A stretch of 64,000 nt of DNA from Octopus vulgaris. Lineage: Eukaryota. This document shows positions 27,061 through 40,190 of the stretch, piece after piece (positions within the stretch are counted from its first letter, which is position 1; each line of letters begins with the position of its first letter). The DNA is taken from positions 75,020,001-75,084,000 of the forward strand of contig OX597823.1 of the NCBI GenBank assembly GCA_951406725.2. Direction: 5' to 3'. The position numbers were made by a program, and so were the translations under genes. The notes beneath the pieces are model-generated. The model did no database searches, was not told the origin of the DNA, and saw nothing but the letters and a program-made list of their open reading frames with translations.

Positions 27061-28814
27061 CCATTTCCACATTCTGTAGTTAGTACTCTGTCTGATTCTA
27101 ATATTCTTACACACTTTTAAGTTCCTCCTCCCTTCATTCAATTTAATAGATATATCGCCTTTAAATATATCGCCATTAATATTTCCAGTTTGGAGACTGA
27201 ATTTGTGACAACGAAAAACAACAGCAAACGTGCACGTTTACTGTCTACTAGTGACACTGAACGACTGAATGATTATATTATATATATATATATGTATATG
27301 TGTGTGTGTGTGTGTGTGCATAAATAAAAAAATTCAGTTGAATTGTGTATGAAAATTAACATTTTAAAATCAAATATTTGAATGGAACCTATCGCTAATT
27401 TCCATATGTACACTGTATATCCTTTAATACCATTATATTTTACACGGTAGTCTCTGAAACGTATCTCTCGAGAAAATAGAGAACCATCTATATATATGCG
27501 TGCGTGTGTGTGTATGCCATTGACTTCAGTCATGGGTTTCGGCATCAATGCTGTATGACCGTCTGTATGTTTCAAATCAGGATTTGATTGTTATATCAAA
27601 TATTATTTGGGTAATTGAGTTTGGAACACGTTCATATCTTAGATTTTTGTGTGTGGCGGTACGGCGCAAGAAAACTGAGAATGAAAGTCACGTTTATAAT
27701 CATAAATACATGTATTCGGCTTAATCGTTTGAAACCAAATGATTAATGATTCCAATCTAAGAGTACAAACTATTCCCTACAAAATTATTTTGGGCAAAGT
27801 TAAAATGACTTAATGATAAATAAAGTTGAAAAGACTTTTTATGCAAGTAGTAGAAGTGCATTGTACCTCTTACATATTAGTATTTCATTCACAATACTAC
27901 TGCATGTAATAGAATAAATACATATTTTATAAATGGGATACCAGATCAAATTTGCTTTCAGGAAAACGAACACAAAATCAACATTTATGTACATAACATG
28001 TACCAGGCACTAGACGGCAAATTCAGAATAACATTGGTGAGATATATATTATTTAATTCAACATTTATTTCTAACTCAGCGTAACACGAAGCGAATTGAA
28101 TATGTGTTCGAAATATTTCACTTAAATCTATTTACTTCTTGTAAAGTCAATATACACTTCTTATCGATTCTTCCTACTTCATTCATGTGCTGGTAAACAA
28201 TGTGCAAAACATCTTTTAATAGTATGGTTTAAAGCTATTATATATCTATGATTACGTAATGTTGCACTGTTCCATTTTCAATATACATTGTTATGTCGTA
28301 AGAAAGGAAAATTTCCAAAATTTTGAAGAAAGCGAATTGTACTTAATCTCCTCTCACATTGAACTCTGCAAGACGTCCAAACAAAAACCGATTCCAAAGC
28401 TTTAAAGTGTCAATGAATTTGAAATTTATAATCTGTTCACGTATAAAATAAGGAAAAACCAATATTTTAAGATAAATAAAATCATAAAATTTCTCGATAG
28501 CTGAATATCAAAATTTCATTTATTAATTAATGTCTAATAAGTCTATTAGAACACCTCATTGAGAAGTAATATCCCACTTCTTATATCAAAGCAAAATATT
28601 TTAAAGAAATGTTTCATAATAGCAAAGAGGTTAGTCGATATAAGATCAAGTTACAAGATTGCAATGACATAGTTTATATATTGAGATCTCCACCAGTATA
28701 AGTATAATAAATGCACAAATTAAGGTGTATTGAAATGAGCAAAATGATGGCAGACCCAGATTCGTATTCAATTTCATAGTTTCATATTCGTTTCTACCCG
28801 TTATAATTCAATAC

Positions 28815-28816
<2 letters not shown>

Positions 28817-28905
<89 letters not shown>
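28817..28905. repeat. (TA)n microsatellite
   Basis: Read directly. Confidence 0.97.
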
Positions 28906-28907
<2 letters not shown>

Positions 28908-29310
28908 CGCAGGAGTGGCTGTGTGGCAAGTAGCTTGTCTACTAACCACATGGTTCCGGGTTCAGTCCCACTGCGTGGCACTTTGGGCAAGTGTCTTGTA
29001 CTATAGCCTCGGGCCGACCAAAGCCTTCTGAGTGAGTTTGGTAGACGGAAACTGAAAGATGCCCGTCGTATATATGTATAGATGTGTATATGTGTGTGTT
29101 TGTGTGTCTGTGTTTGTCCCCTGGCATTGCTTGACAACCGATCTTGGTGTGTTTATGTCCCCGTTACCTAGCGGTTCGGCAAAAGAGACCGATAAAATAA
29201 GTACTGGGCTTACAAAAGAATAAGTCCCGGGGTTGAGTTTCTCGATTAAAGGCGGTGCTCCAGCATGGCCGCAGTCAAATGACTGAAACAAGTAAAAGAG
29301 TAAAAGAGTA
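28906..29310 (+). mobile_element. Full-length tRNA-derived SINE family A (CORE-like segment, internal TA/TG microsatellite)
   Basis: ggcgcaggagtggctgtgtgg (A-box), gggttcagtccc (B-box), gcactttgggcaagtg (CORE-like) and (agtaaaag)n tail; highly similar copies at 30838 and 48501. Confidence 0.9.
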
Positions 29311-29699
29311 ATACACACACACACACACATATATATATATGTATATATATAGTCGGTTTTCCCTTATTAAAACTCTAATTATTTAAACTCTAATTGAATT
29401 AATTTGCTACGTCAATGTGCCATAGCTTTAATTTTTTTCTTCATTTCTGTTGCCAACCTGACGCTAAATTGGCTAAATGATAACCTCTTCACAGTATGGA
29501 CAAAATCTTCATTAAATTTATCATGCTTGTCACAATTAAGTGTTTTCGTTATCACCTTGTTGTATACTTAATGACATTAATTATTAACGTTAATAGGAAG
29601 TCTCTATATTGTTGATTGCTGAAAATTGACACTGCTTGCATGTGGATATTGCTAAAACATAGTGGTAAATAATTTTTGATTAAATTGTGAATCGCAGAC

Positions 29700-30140
29700 T
29701 ATAGGTGGTCAAATTTTCCCATTGTGCGGTCAAACTTCCTCATCTATTAGACATAAACAGTGAGACTTGTATAATTTGTATTCCTTCTTCATAAAATAAT
29801 AACATCTTCCACAGAGCAGATTTCACTTTGAAAACTAGTGTCTTGTGTCTGTTCACGTTGAATCAAACTCATGTTCTAGAAAGTGCACGTCATTTAAATT
29901 TCCTATTAGAACTTTGTGCTTAAGGGTGTCTTCCATCCTACCTATTTTGGATCGGTATCTTAAGCTTGCACCTATCATCAATAAGCTTTGTTGTGCTCAG
30001 TTTAAAGTATTGTTCCTAGTTCACACCCTTCTTTATAACACTGCGCTATTCATTGTTACATCGACTCACTTGGCAAAGATACGACATAGTGTCCTTTTAT
30101 TGTAAAACACTGTATCATCCACACGTATTGCACATACCGC
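29700..30140 (-). mobile_element. Highly decayed CR1/L2-type RT C-terminal fragment
   Basis: Minus-strand caatacgtgtggatgatacagtgttttac resembles QY(A)DDTVFY, followed by an RNN.L.L...K-like segment; many disablements. Confidence 0.35.
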
Positions 30141-30837
30141 AGGGTATAAGCATGTTGTTAATATAAGAATTTGAATAGGAAAACAACTCATATACTATTA
30201 ATGTTAAACACACATACGCGGCCACACACAAACACTAACCGTACTTTACCAAACATGAGTCACATTCAAATAGAGCAATGATAGTCATTCGATCTGCTGG
30301 GTTTTATTGGCCTTTACTGTGTTTCATGGTGAAAAGTCACCCTTTAAATAGTTTGTATAACTCATCCCAACGATGATTCATTCACAGTGGGATTACATTT
30401 GATTTCAGCTTGCATATGCTTCTGTAATAGTATTAGCTCATATCATTTAAGTATAGGTCATGTTCCTGAAATTTATTTCCCAGTGAAGGATTAAAAGTTT
30501 TATAAGGTCGCAAATTATAAAATTTAGTCTATTCTATTTTGGTTGAAATTGATCGGTAGACATGCGACACATACTAATGAATATTCTATGAGCCTATAAA
30601 TATTTATTTCCGAGGCGTTCTGCTCCCCGCCCCCGTTCATATCAGTGTTGATTTTGCTTAGTTTTTAATATATTATTCCTCATAAGTATATAATCTGTAC
30701 CATTTGAAGGCGTAGAATGTGACATATTAAGCGGTAACTAAGTGGTGTATTGTAGTAACACAGCTATTTCATTGCCATTTATTTTAAGCGACAAAAATAT
30801 CGAATGAAATGGAATTATCGAGTGAAAAATAATAACG

Positions 30838-31377
30838 GGCGTAGGAGTGGCTGTATGGTAAGTAGCTTGTTTACCAACCACATGGTTCCGGGTTCAGTCT
30901 CACTGCGTGGCACCTTGGGCAAGTGTCTTTTACTATAGCCTCGGGCTGACCAAAGCCTTGTGAGTGGATTTGGTAGACGGAAACTGAAAGAAGCCCGTCG
31001 TATATATGTATATATATATATAATTGTGTGTGTGTGTGTGTGTGTGTGTGCGCATATGTTTGTGTTTGTCTCCACAACATCGCTTGACAACCGATGCTGG
31101 TGTGTTTACTTCCCCGTAACTTGCCGGTTCGGCAAAAGAGACCGATATAATAAGTAGTAGGCTTCCAAAGAATAAGTCCTGGGGTCGATTTGCTCGACTA
31201 AAGGCGGTGCTCCAGCATGGTGTGTTTACTTCCCCGTAACTTGCCGGTTCGGCAAAAGAGACCGATAGAATAAGTACTAGGCTTCCAAAGAATAAGTCCT
31301 GGGGTCGATTTGCTCGACTAAAGGCGGTGCTCCAGCATGGCCGCAGTCACATTACTGAAGCAAGTGAAAAAGTAAAA
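30838..31377 (+). mobile_element. SINE family A copy with a 120-bp internal tandem duplication
   Basis: 31101-31220 is repeated at 31221-31340 with 2 mismatches. Confidence 0.9.
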
Positions 31378-31934
31378 TTCAAAGTTAGTAAAATACCATG
31401 GAGCATAGTATAATTCGTATTGATAGTAGTGAGAAATAGGACTGCATTTTGTACAACGCCTACAAGAACACAGTGCTATTCTATCCTACATTCCATTAAA
31501 TAGCCAGGAATTAATAGCCAATTTGTTCGATGAAGCTGTATTGCCTTATAAAATTATTTTACTATTACCTAGAAAAAATAATAGAATATTTGTTAAAATA
31601 TAGGTGTATTTATTATAATACTGATATGTCGCATTTTTGCTATATATCTATTTGATAAATTGAAACTGCTTGAATCAAGCACTGGCTTTATCTCATTCAG
31701 CTATAAAGTGTAATAATGTTTGTGCTTCTCATTGCATTTGGCTTAATAATGCAGCAATTAATCAACCCTTTGTGGTTGTGCGCATGGGGTTAAATTCTAC
31801 CTTTTCTTAAGTGTCTAATGCTTATATCCATAGAAAACATTTCTGTGTGATGTTCATTAAAGGTAAGCATGTTGAATAAAACATAGAGAATAAAACACAT
31901 GAGAATAAAACACATGAGGGCTAAAAATGTATTC

Positions 31935-32135
31935 AATGTTTGGCACAAAGGTAGCAATTAAGGGGCAGATTAAGTCGATTACATCAAACCCAATACTCAG
32001 CTGGTGCTTACTTCATCGGCCCCGGAAGAAAAGCATAGTTAATTCCGGTGGAATTTGAACTCAAGTCGTGAAGACGGGCGAAATGCTACAAAGTATTTCG
32101 CCCGGCGTGCTAACGATTTAACCATCTCACCTACT
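31935..32135 (-). mobile_element. SINE family B copy
   Basis: gattaagtcgattacatc..ggaatttgaactca..tttcgcccggcgtgctaacg. Confidence 0.75.
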
Positions 32136-32297
32136 TATGACGGCTAAATCTAGAGAATGGATTTTGTGTCACAAAGACTAAAACCTAGAGCAGAATTATC
32201 GTTGAACTTTTATATGTTTAGGTCATTACACTGTGATAATGATGGGGCATTAACCTGAAAGTTTATTCCAACAAATTTATCTCACATTTATTTTAAG

Positions 32298-32610
32298 AGG
32301 CGCAATGGCCCAGTGGTTAGGATACCGGACTCGCGGTCGGAGGATCGCGGTTTCAATTCCCAGACCGGGCGTTGTGTGTGTTTATTGAGTGAAAACACCT
32401 AAAGCTCCACGAGCCTCGGGCAGGGGGTGGTGGCGACACCTGCTGTACTCTTTCGCCCCAACTTTCTCTCATTCTTTCTTCCTGTTTCTTGGATAACGCT
32501 GCGATGGACTGGCGTCCCATCTAGCTGGGGGGGGAGCATACACCGCAGATACTGGGAAATCGGGCCCACGAGCCTGGCTAGGCTTGAAAAGGTCGAATAA
32601 ATAAAAAAAA
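32298..32610 (+). mobile_element. tRNA-derived SINE (family D) with A-rich tail and 11-bp TSD
   Basis: ggcgcaatggcccagtggttagg (A-box), ggtttcaattccc (B-box) and aataaataaaaaaaa tail; TSD acatttatttt at 32284-32294 and 32611-32621. Confidence 0.85.
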
Positions 32611-32669
32611 ACATTTATTTTTACGCAAGTTACTTATCATTCACTTATACACCGTAACATAAATAAAGT

Positions 32670-32930
32670 GATAAAATTTGTCAAACGGCGGTGCGGACAA
32701 AGACATGCACACACACACACATACATATACACACACAAACACACACATATAATATATATATATATTCGGCAGGAGTATTTCATATTCCACCTACAAAAAT
32801 ACACGCACACTGCAGTGATCTCCCAGCGCTATAGTGGAAGACTTTCACTCAAGGTGCCACACAATAGGACTGAATCCAGAATAAGGTGGCTGGGAAGCTA
32901 ACTTCGTATCACAAACCCTCGCATGCATCT
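32670..32930 (-). mobile_element. Old inverted copy of SINE family A
   Basis: gctatagtggaagactttcactcaaggtgccacacaataggactgaatcc is the reverse complement of the family A head and core. Confidence 0.65.
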
Positions 32931-34321
32931 ATAATTACAAATTAACTAATTTTGTAGTAATTGTTCTAATCGATGACCTTTAATATTCCATATTCAGAAA
33001 TGCTGTGATAATTATATTCAATATACAAATAAATGTCTTAGAATATTTTGAAAAGCAGAATTATAATCACAGCAAAATTCTACACTTCCAATACTGTATA
33101 GTAACAAGCGAATATGTTCTATTTCCTTTTAAGTGTTAAGGATGTGTCAAATGTCCAGATAATATATAAATATTAATGCAACACTTTTTTTTTATGATTG
33201 CAATTCAATTGCATCAGAATCACAGCGACATGAGACAAGACATTTAAAGTGTGAATTAATTTGATGTCAGAAATAATGAAAACAAAAACGAACCATCCAA
33301 AGTATTAACAGTGACAGTCACGTTATTTGTAAGAAGAAGAATGTGTCCAAATTCGCACAACTATTTTAATATGTTTGCAACTAGGAGTAAATACTTCATG
33401 TTTTCACACCATTTTCGAGAATTTAGTAGAAGATAGCACCACAATAATAATGTATCAACTTAGTATGCCGGGGTAATTAAAGTATCGGTAGACGTTCCAA
33501 AAAAAGGCAGTCGAATGAAAAAGACTAGAAGCACTTTGGAAATCGATTATGTATTGGACAAGTAAACTTAAAAGCCATAAAATCTATTTTCTCACGTTCT
33601 TAGTTCCTTCTTTATTATCTATACGCTTGTAAAAATCCAACCCTCAAGTTTAAATACACAAATTTTATAGTCTAACCCGTTACCAGGATATTGCCTGTAT
33701 GTACATTTATTCTATTTCTAAAGTAACTGCTCAATTGATAGATTATAGCTAATCGTGATTAGGTAACTATAACATGTCTGCATTCAGTTGGAGTTCAAGC
33801 CGGACTTGTTGATAGCTGTTCAACCTGAGCACAAATTGTATGTGTCCATTACCTTGCGCCTTATGTGTGCCTGCTTTTCTGTGTTTATGTATGTGTTTTC
33901 GTTTTTCTGTTTGAATACACCACAGCTTCAGAAACGGTTCTGCTTATTTTGTTACTTTATAACTTATGATTTCTGCTGAGAAGACAGATAAAATATGTAT
34001 CTGTGTTAAAAGTCAGTACTGGGGATAGTTCAGTCGACTACAATCTCCAAGGTGGAATTCCAACATTGCGTATTTTAAATACAAATGTGCACATTTGGTA
34101 TATTTTCTTTTTATTGATTACCATTGGATCTATCAAAAGCTCTACAGAAATGCCCTTATGGAATTTATACGTGGTTGGATAATCCTAATCGGTTGTATGA
34201 ATTTTCAAAAAATAATCTTATGTGGTAGTGCTAACCAAGATATTAGTGGCATTGTGACTCGTACTCTCAAATCTCAGTAATCGATTAATTCGATTGGTTG
34301 GTTAATATTGAGGTATTAAAC

Positions 34322-34525
34322 AGGCGAACTGACAGAATCGTTAATACGCCGGGCAAAATGCTCAGCGGCATACAGTCTTTTTTTAAGTTTTGATTTCAAA
34401 TTCCATTGAGATTGATTTTGCTTTTAAATCGTTAGGGGCCAACAAATATGCACCAATTAAGCACTGGGGTCGGTGTAATCGTCTTATCCCATTTCAAAAA
34501 TTGCTGATTTCCTGCCAAATGTTGA
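34322..34525 (+). mobile_element. Degenerate SINE family B copy
   Basis: ggcgaactgacagaatcgttaatacgccgggcaaaatgctcagcggc..gcactggggtcggtgtaatcg. Confidence 0.7.
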
Positions 34526-35994
34526 TACCAATATCACTCGAAATAGCTGAATCTGTAGTGCAAATTCCGCCGAGTCGACGTTGTCCTTTAACAATTTTTT
34601 TTGAAAGCTGACACATCTATTTTTTCATTCTAACTCATTTTGCGCTTTATGAATTATTTATAAATCATTTTTTGCTATATTTGTTTAAAAATTGATGAGT
34701 TGGAAATTCGTAGTTTTTAAATATGAATATATATATATATATGTGTGTGTGTGTGTCTGTGTGTGTATATGCGTGTGTGTGTGTGTGTGTATTATATATA
34801 TATATATATATATATATGGAGAGAGAGAGAGAGATGTTTCCAAGTTATCGTTGGTACGGACATACAATCTAAGTGGCTTCCGTGGTCGTGTGTACCAGTT
34901 ATTAATGCCGGCATGTCGGCTAACTTACGTTAGTATATAAAAATTAAATCTCCAATAAATTTTTTCACCAATATCAGTCTATAACCAGTATCCTTAACTT
35001 TAAACAAATTTGATTTAATTATAAAATTAACAAATTAAACAATAGACTTATACCTCATTACTAACAACATCAATCATAATAATATGAGTAGAAGAGGTTG
35101 CAATATTAGGGAGAGTATTTCACCCTGAAGACGTGGTACCTACTAATATATGCAAATAGAGATGCAAATTTTGCTATGTGCATTAGTTAATTGCTGAAGA
35201 AACATGTGTAGATGTAGAAACGAAAAGAAATAATTAAATATAGAATGAAACTGGATACGAATCTCAAATCTACGTTATAATACATTCATTATATGTTTGT
35301 GTGTCTGTGTGGGTTTGTGTGTGTCTATGTGTATGTTTGTGTATGCGAGTGTGCGTATGTGTGTACGTTTGCGCGTGCGTGTCTGTGTATAATATGCATA
35401 GATTAAGAAAGGAATCAGACGCTGTCGTGCCGAACGTCTTTTTAGTTATCACTACAGATATGGAAAATAATGTTTTTCCTTTTTATCGTTACCTATTTTT
35501 AGAATTTAACGCCATCACCTACGGTTGCGTTCAATATGATTCTATGCTGTTGCATGACAAACAAATTTATAATAGTTGCATAATGCAAAAAGCACGAGAA
35601 GTATATTTATTTGTCTGGTTTCAATATATATCGATTATAGACTTTCTACTTGATTTTTCACGATATGTATCCGAGTTATAGACAAACATGCAACAATATG
35701 AAAGCATTTTTACATTCAATTTCTGATTGCTTTTTATCCCACGTAAAGCATGCGTATACTTCACTGACAAAAGTAAGAATATTTCGGTATGAGAAATTAC
35801 ACATATACAAACCTATAACCTAGCAATTTAGATAATCATTCATTATATATTGTATTCATATTATGAATCTTTGAGATTATGTCTGAATGTTTTAGGTATA
35901 AGGTATTTGAACTTCTTCGAATTAACGTAGAATTTTAAAGACATTATATACCAAATATATCGTATGGTCAACTTACATAGAATACGTGTAGACT

Positions 35995-36180
35995 GCAGTT
36001 CTATATTTAAGAGATGAAGAACTATATACATTATTTACATTATTTACATTTGATGGATATTTATCATCGTCTTGTTTGTTGTTAACACGACGTTTTGGCT
36101 GATATACCCTCCAGTCTTCATCAGGTGTCTTGGGGAAATTTCGAACCTGGGTTCTCATTCCTAAAGAATTTTTCGTTATC
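35995..36180 (-). mobile_element. Short non-coding element with HHR relic, next to an (ATT)/(ATC)n tract
   Basis: Contains the HHR motif at 36085-36128; abuts trinucleotide repeats at 36175-36272. Confidence 0.55.
36085..36128 (-). ncRNA. Minimal hammerhead ribozyme relic
   Basis: Minus strand: ACAC-CUGAUGA-A-GACUG-gagggtatat-CAGCC-AAAA-CGUC-GUGU. Stem I is intact; GAAA has become AAAA, so probably inactive. Confidence 0.65.
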
Positions 36181-36197
36181 ATTATTATTATTACCAC

Positions 36198-36241
<44 letters not shown>

Positions 36242-36897
36242 ACCTCATCATCATCATCATCATCATTATTATTTTTCAAGTCACTGCCTGAATCTTGGGG
36301 TTAGAAACCCGCATTCTTAACGACTATAGGGGCATATGGCGTACATCCGCCAAATGTAAATGGTGTAAATAATGTAAATAATGAAGTATAAACTACATTC
36401 AAATCTACACGATGCAATATTTCGTAAATGTTATGTTATCTGTCTGTAGGTATATTGCCTAATTTTTGCCATTGATTTTGGAGTCACGTTTTCGAAATCC
36501 ATAACTGCCAATATATAATAGATGCTATTATGTATATAATTGGTTTAGTGTTTCAAATTGCAATGAAGCTTCAGTAATCTAATTCTCAATGTATTAAATG
36601 TATAGCAGTGCCTTATGAATAGGATAAATTTTAGAATTATACAACCTGCGAGCTCATTACAGTTAACATTCGTCTATCATTCCTGTAAGAAACAAGCGGG
36701 AATATAAGAATCTTTGATGATCTCAAGCGGTTTCAAAATGGAAGACGCTAGGAGGGAGAAAAAGTGCGAGGGCAGACAATGGTCAAGTGAAATGAATCCT
36801 GTTAGGAACATGGTCAATTTGAAACAGTAAGTTTGTGGCAAACTCTGCGTGTATATAGTAATATATAATATGTATATATATATAGTTGTATATAATA

Positions 36898-36942
<45 letters not shown>

Positions 36943-37622
36943 CTAAGTTGATGCCACATCCCACCAATAATAATAGTAATAGAATAAACAACGTTTCTGC
37001 AGATAATAACTGAATAACGTCCTTATCTATATGTCAGAATTAATTTTCTGCTAAAATACTCTACATATACCTGACAACTCATCACGATACCTGGGTATCC
37101 TTCTTCAAATTGAGATTGAATAACCATATACCATAACTAATAATTACAAGAAATCGCTAAACATTTAAATTGCTAAATTTTGTCGGGCATCAAATAACAT
37201 TGAAATATCAGCCTTGAGATCAATTATATGTAATTCATTCTTATACAATTCGGAAGCGGTTACGTTTAATTTTTGTTTCGTGGAATGACTAAAAATTCTC
37301 AGGTTACGTCTGATTTAATTGAATGATAGCTTTGCTATAATTGACTCTATATGTAATATCCTCTGTATCTAGATAATTTCCCCTTGACAAATTTTTTGGT
37401 TTTAAGTCAGAAAGAAATATCTGTTCAGCAATAAATGATCAAATACCATCCAGCCACAATTTTCTCGCAGTGCTATTGCTGTGTAATGTAGCTCTGATCT
37501 ACGTATTCTTCCCTTTCATTGCATAACTTGATTTCGGTTTGCACTGTATATTTCTAATCCTTACATTAAAGGTACTGCTAAGTTGTTTCTTTGCTCATTT
37601 CCATTTTATACCTTAGCCTTCT

Positions 37623-37701
<79 letters not shown>

Positions 37702-38201
37702 GTTGTTACAGTTCATTGACTTGTAAGTGTTCGTTGCACTTCAACACAGATTGAAACCAATGGGAAACGTTACTTCATAGTCTCTTTTATGAGAACTCCA
37801 CGTTTAATTTGTTACACTTATCTTCCAAGCCCTACCCCCTCTCCATCTACACAGGAAAGCTACTTACATTAATTACTGCTTTCACAGATGGTGAAGACAC
37901 GCTAGATTAAGAAATTTATGAAGCTCATAGGTTAGAGAATGAGGACTAAAGTCCGCCACACACCTACCCTCTATCATTTTATACTTTTTATCTTTCCATA
38001 TCATTTTGCAAGTCTGAAAACCTGATTGATGGAATGTTCGTTTAATATTCTGTGGATCTTCATTCTTCATTTGTATGAGCCATCAATGTTAATTAATGTA
38101 AATGATTTACACATTATTAAAGATATCGTAAAACATTAATGAAATACCGTCCTTATATTTTCTTTATTCACTACAATCGCACATATACATATACAACTAT
38201 A

Positions 38202-38264
<63 letters not shown>

Positions 38265-38529
38265 ATTCATAAACACACATATATACATATTAGAGGAAAA
38301 GTACAACAAAAACAAAGGCGGGGCGTGTATCTACAGTCATCTAAAAATTAGAGTAAAGCAATTGATAGAATGCAGATGGAGAATAAAGTTCACAGCTGTG
38401 AACTTGGAACATAACGGATGACCAATTATAGCACCTACGCAACGTACGCATACGTTTAGATCACCAATGAATTAAACACCTCATATTCTCTATCTAACGC
38501 TCTCCCCCCTCTCTCTCTCTCTCTGTGAC

Positions 38530-38723
38530 TGCGTTTGTATCGTTGGCGATTTTCTTTCTCCGTCTTCTCTTCCTTGGACCCTTCCTTTTAATATGTTTCT
38601 GACGAAGAGCTCCGCACTGATCATTAACTGTTCTTTCTTTCTTTCATTTCATGAGCGTCCAATAACACTATACTTGTTCCACGTCCTCGCGTTGTTGCGT
38701 TTTCTCTTTGTTCGTGTTTGAAT

Positions 38724-38730
<7 letters not shown>
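38530..38730 (+). mobile_element. Non-coding element ending in (TA)n, with a strongly decayed HHR core
   Basis: ttt-CTGACGA-agagc-tcc-gcac at 38596-38617 with the 3' half of the core lost; ends in gaattaac+(TA)n. Confidence 0.4.
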
Positions 38731-38801
<71 letters not shown>

Positions 38802-38817
38802 GATTGTTCGTGTGAAT

Positions 38818-38882
<65 letters not shown>

Positions 38883-38923
38883 ATATATATATATGTAGAA
38901 TTAACTATTATTTGTGTTTGAAT

Positions 38924-39003
<80 letters not shown>

Positions 39004-40049
39004 GGCTTGTGAACGTGTAAGTAATTTTCGGGTTTCTCATTTGACAAATAATGTTATATGAAACGCCTTTTATGGGTTATTTATTTGTATTTAGGAAACA
39101 GATTAGCCATTGTAAGTTATTTCGTCTAAAGTCTCTATGTACGTGACATTAACACTTTTACCCGACGCATGTAAAAACAGGACATATTTCGATAGTTGTT
39201 AAGTGAAGTTTAATATACAACTATTTCAAAATAACTCGCATTAAGCAACCAGAAAAAATGTAAAACATGAAAATTAAAAATGGTTCGCATAGTAAAATAT
39301 TTGTTACTACTCAAATCAAAATTTTCTGCTATTGCTAAAGTTTTGGGTGTAATGTTGCATGTTTAAGGAATATTTTCTGAAATCACCACGCAAAGTTATA
39401 ACATTCTCCACTAGATAATATTTGGTGATCTGTATACATGCATATGTAAAATATATATGCATACATACATAAATATATATATTTATTTACACACATATAC
39501 GTACATGCACACACATATATACACACACCCATATATATAAATATTTACATATGCACACGTTTACAAGAAAACTAATCATAATTTCTCTGATGTTGAATTT
39601 AACGGAAATGTGCCATCGCATGTTGACAACAAAAGTTCTCTGTATCTAAATATCTCTGTAGTACGTATTATTATCGGCAACAGAATCTAATACGCAAGCA
39701 AAGTGTAAAATTATTGAAATGCCTATCATCAAAAGAAAATATTTCTTTTGCAATGTATGCTGACATTTGTCTTAAAAAGACCATGAAATAACATGAAAGC
39801 GGTATGATTGTTAGACATTTTCGTTTAATTTACAGATATTAATGTAACTTTATCACAACTTTTAGAGATATTTGCCATTACCTATTTGTAATATATTCTT
39901 TTGCCATAACATTTGCTTTATATCAGTAATATAATTCCGCTGGAGAATTTTAATGCAAATAGATTGCGGTAAACTATTGGGTTTTAAACATCATTTAATT
40001 TTCAATATTTAATGTTCAATATTAAATTTTCTATATTTGGTTACATATG

Positions 40050-40190
40050 AAAACTTCACTGAGTTTCACGTAGCATTTCGCCCTTTCGGCGTCGATAAAG
40101 AAATAACAGTCGAGTACCGGGGTGTATTTTATAAATTTGATATCTCCTCCCAAACTATTAGCTTTCTGCCAAAATTTGAGACCAATATTT
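40050..40190 (+). mobile_element. Degenerate SINE family B fragment
   Basis: ccctttcggcgtcgataaa..gagtaccggggtg..ctgccaaaatttgagacc. Confidence 0.5.

Noticed and set aside
28906-28980. tRNA-like sequences at SINE heads (also 5150-5220, 10520-10602, 32298-32370)
   Set aside because: A/B boxes are present but no complete cloverleaf, and each continues into a SINE body.
36757-36832. Short ATG-started frame MEDARREKKCEGRQW.. ending at GTAAGT
   Set aside because: Only ~24 codons, with no recognisable homology and no partner exon.
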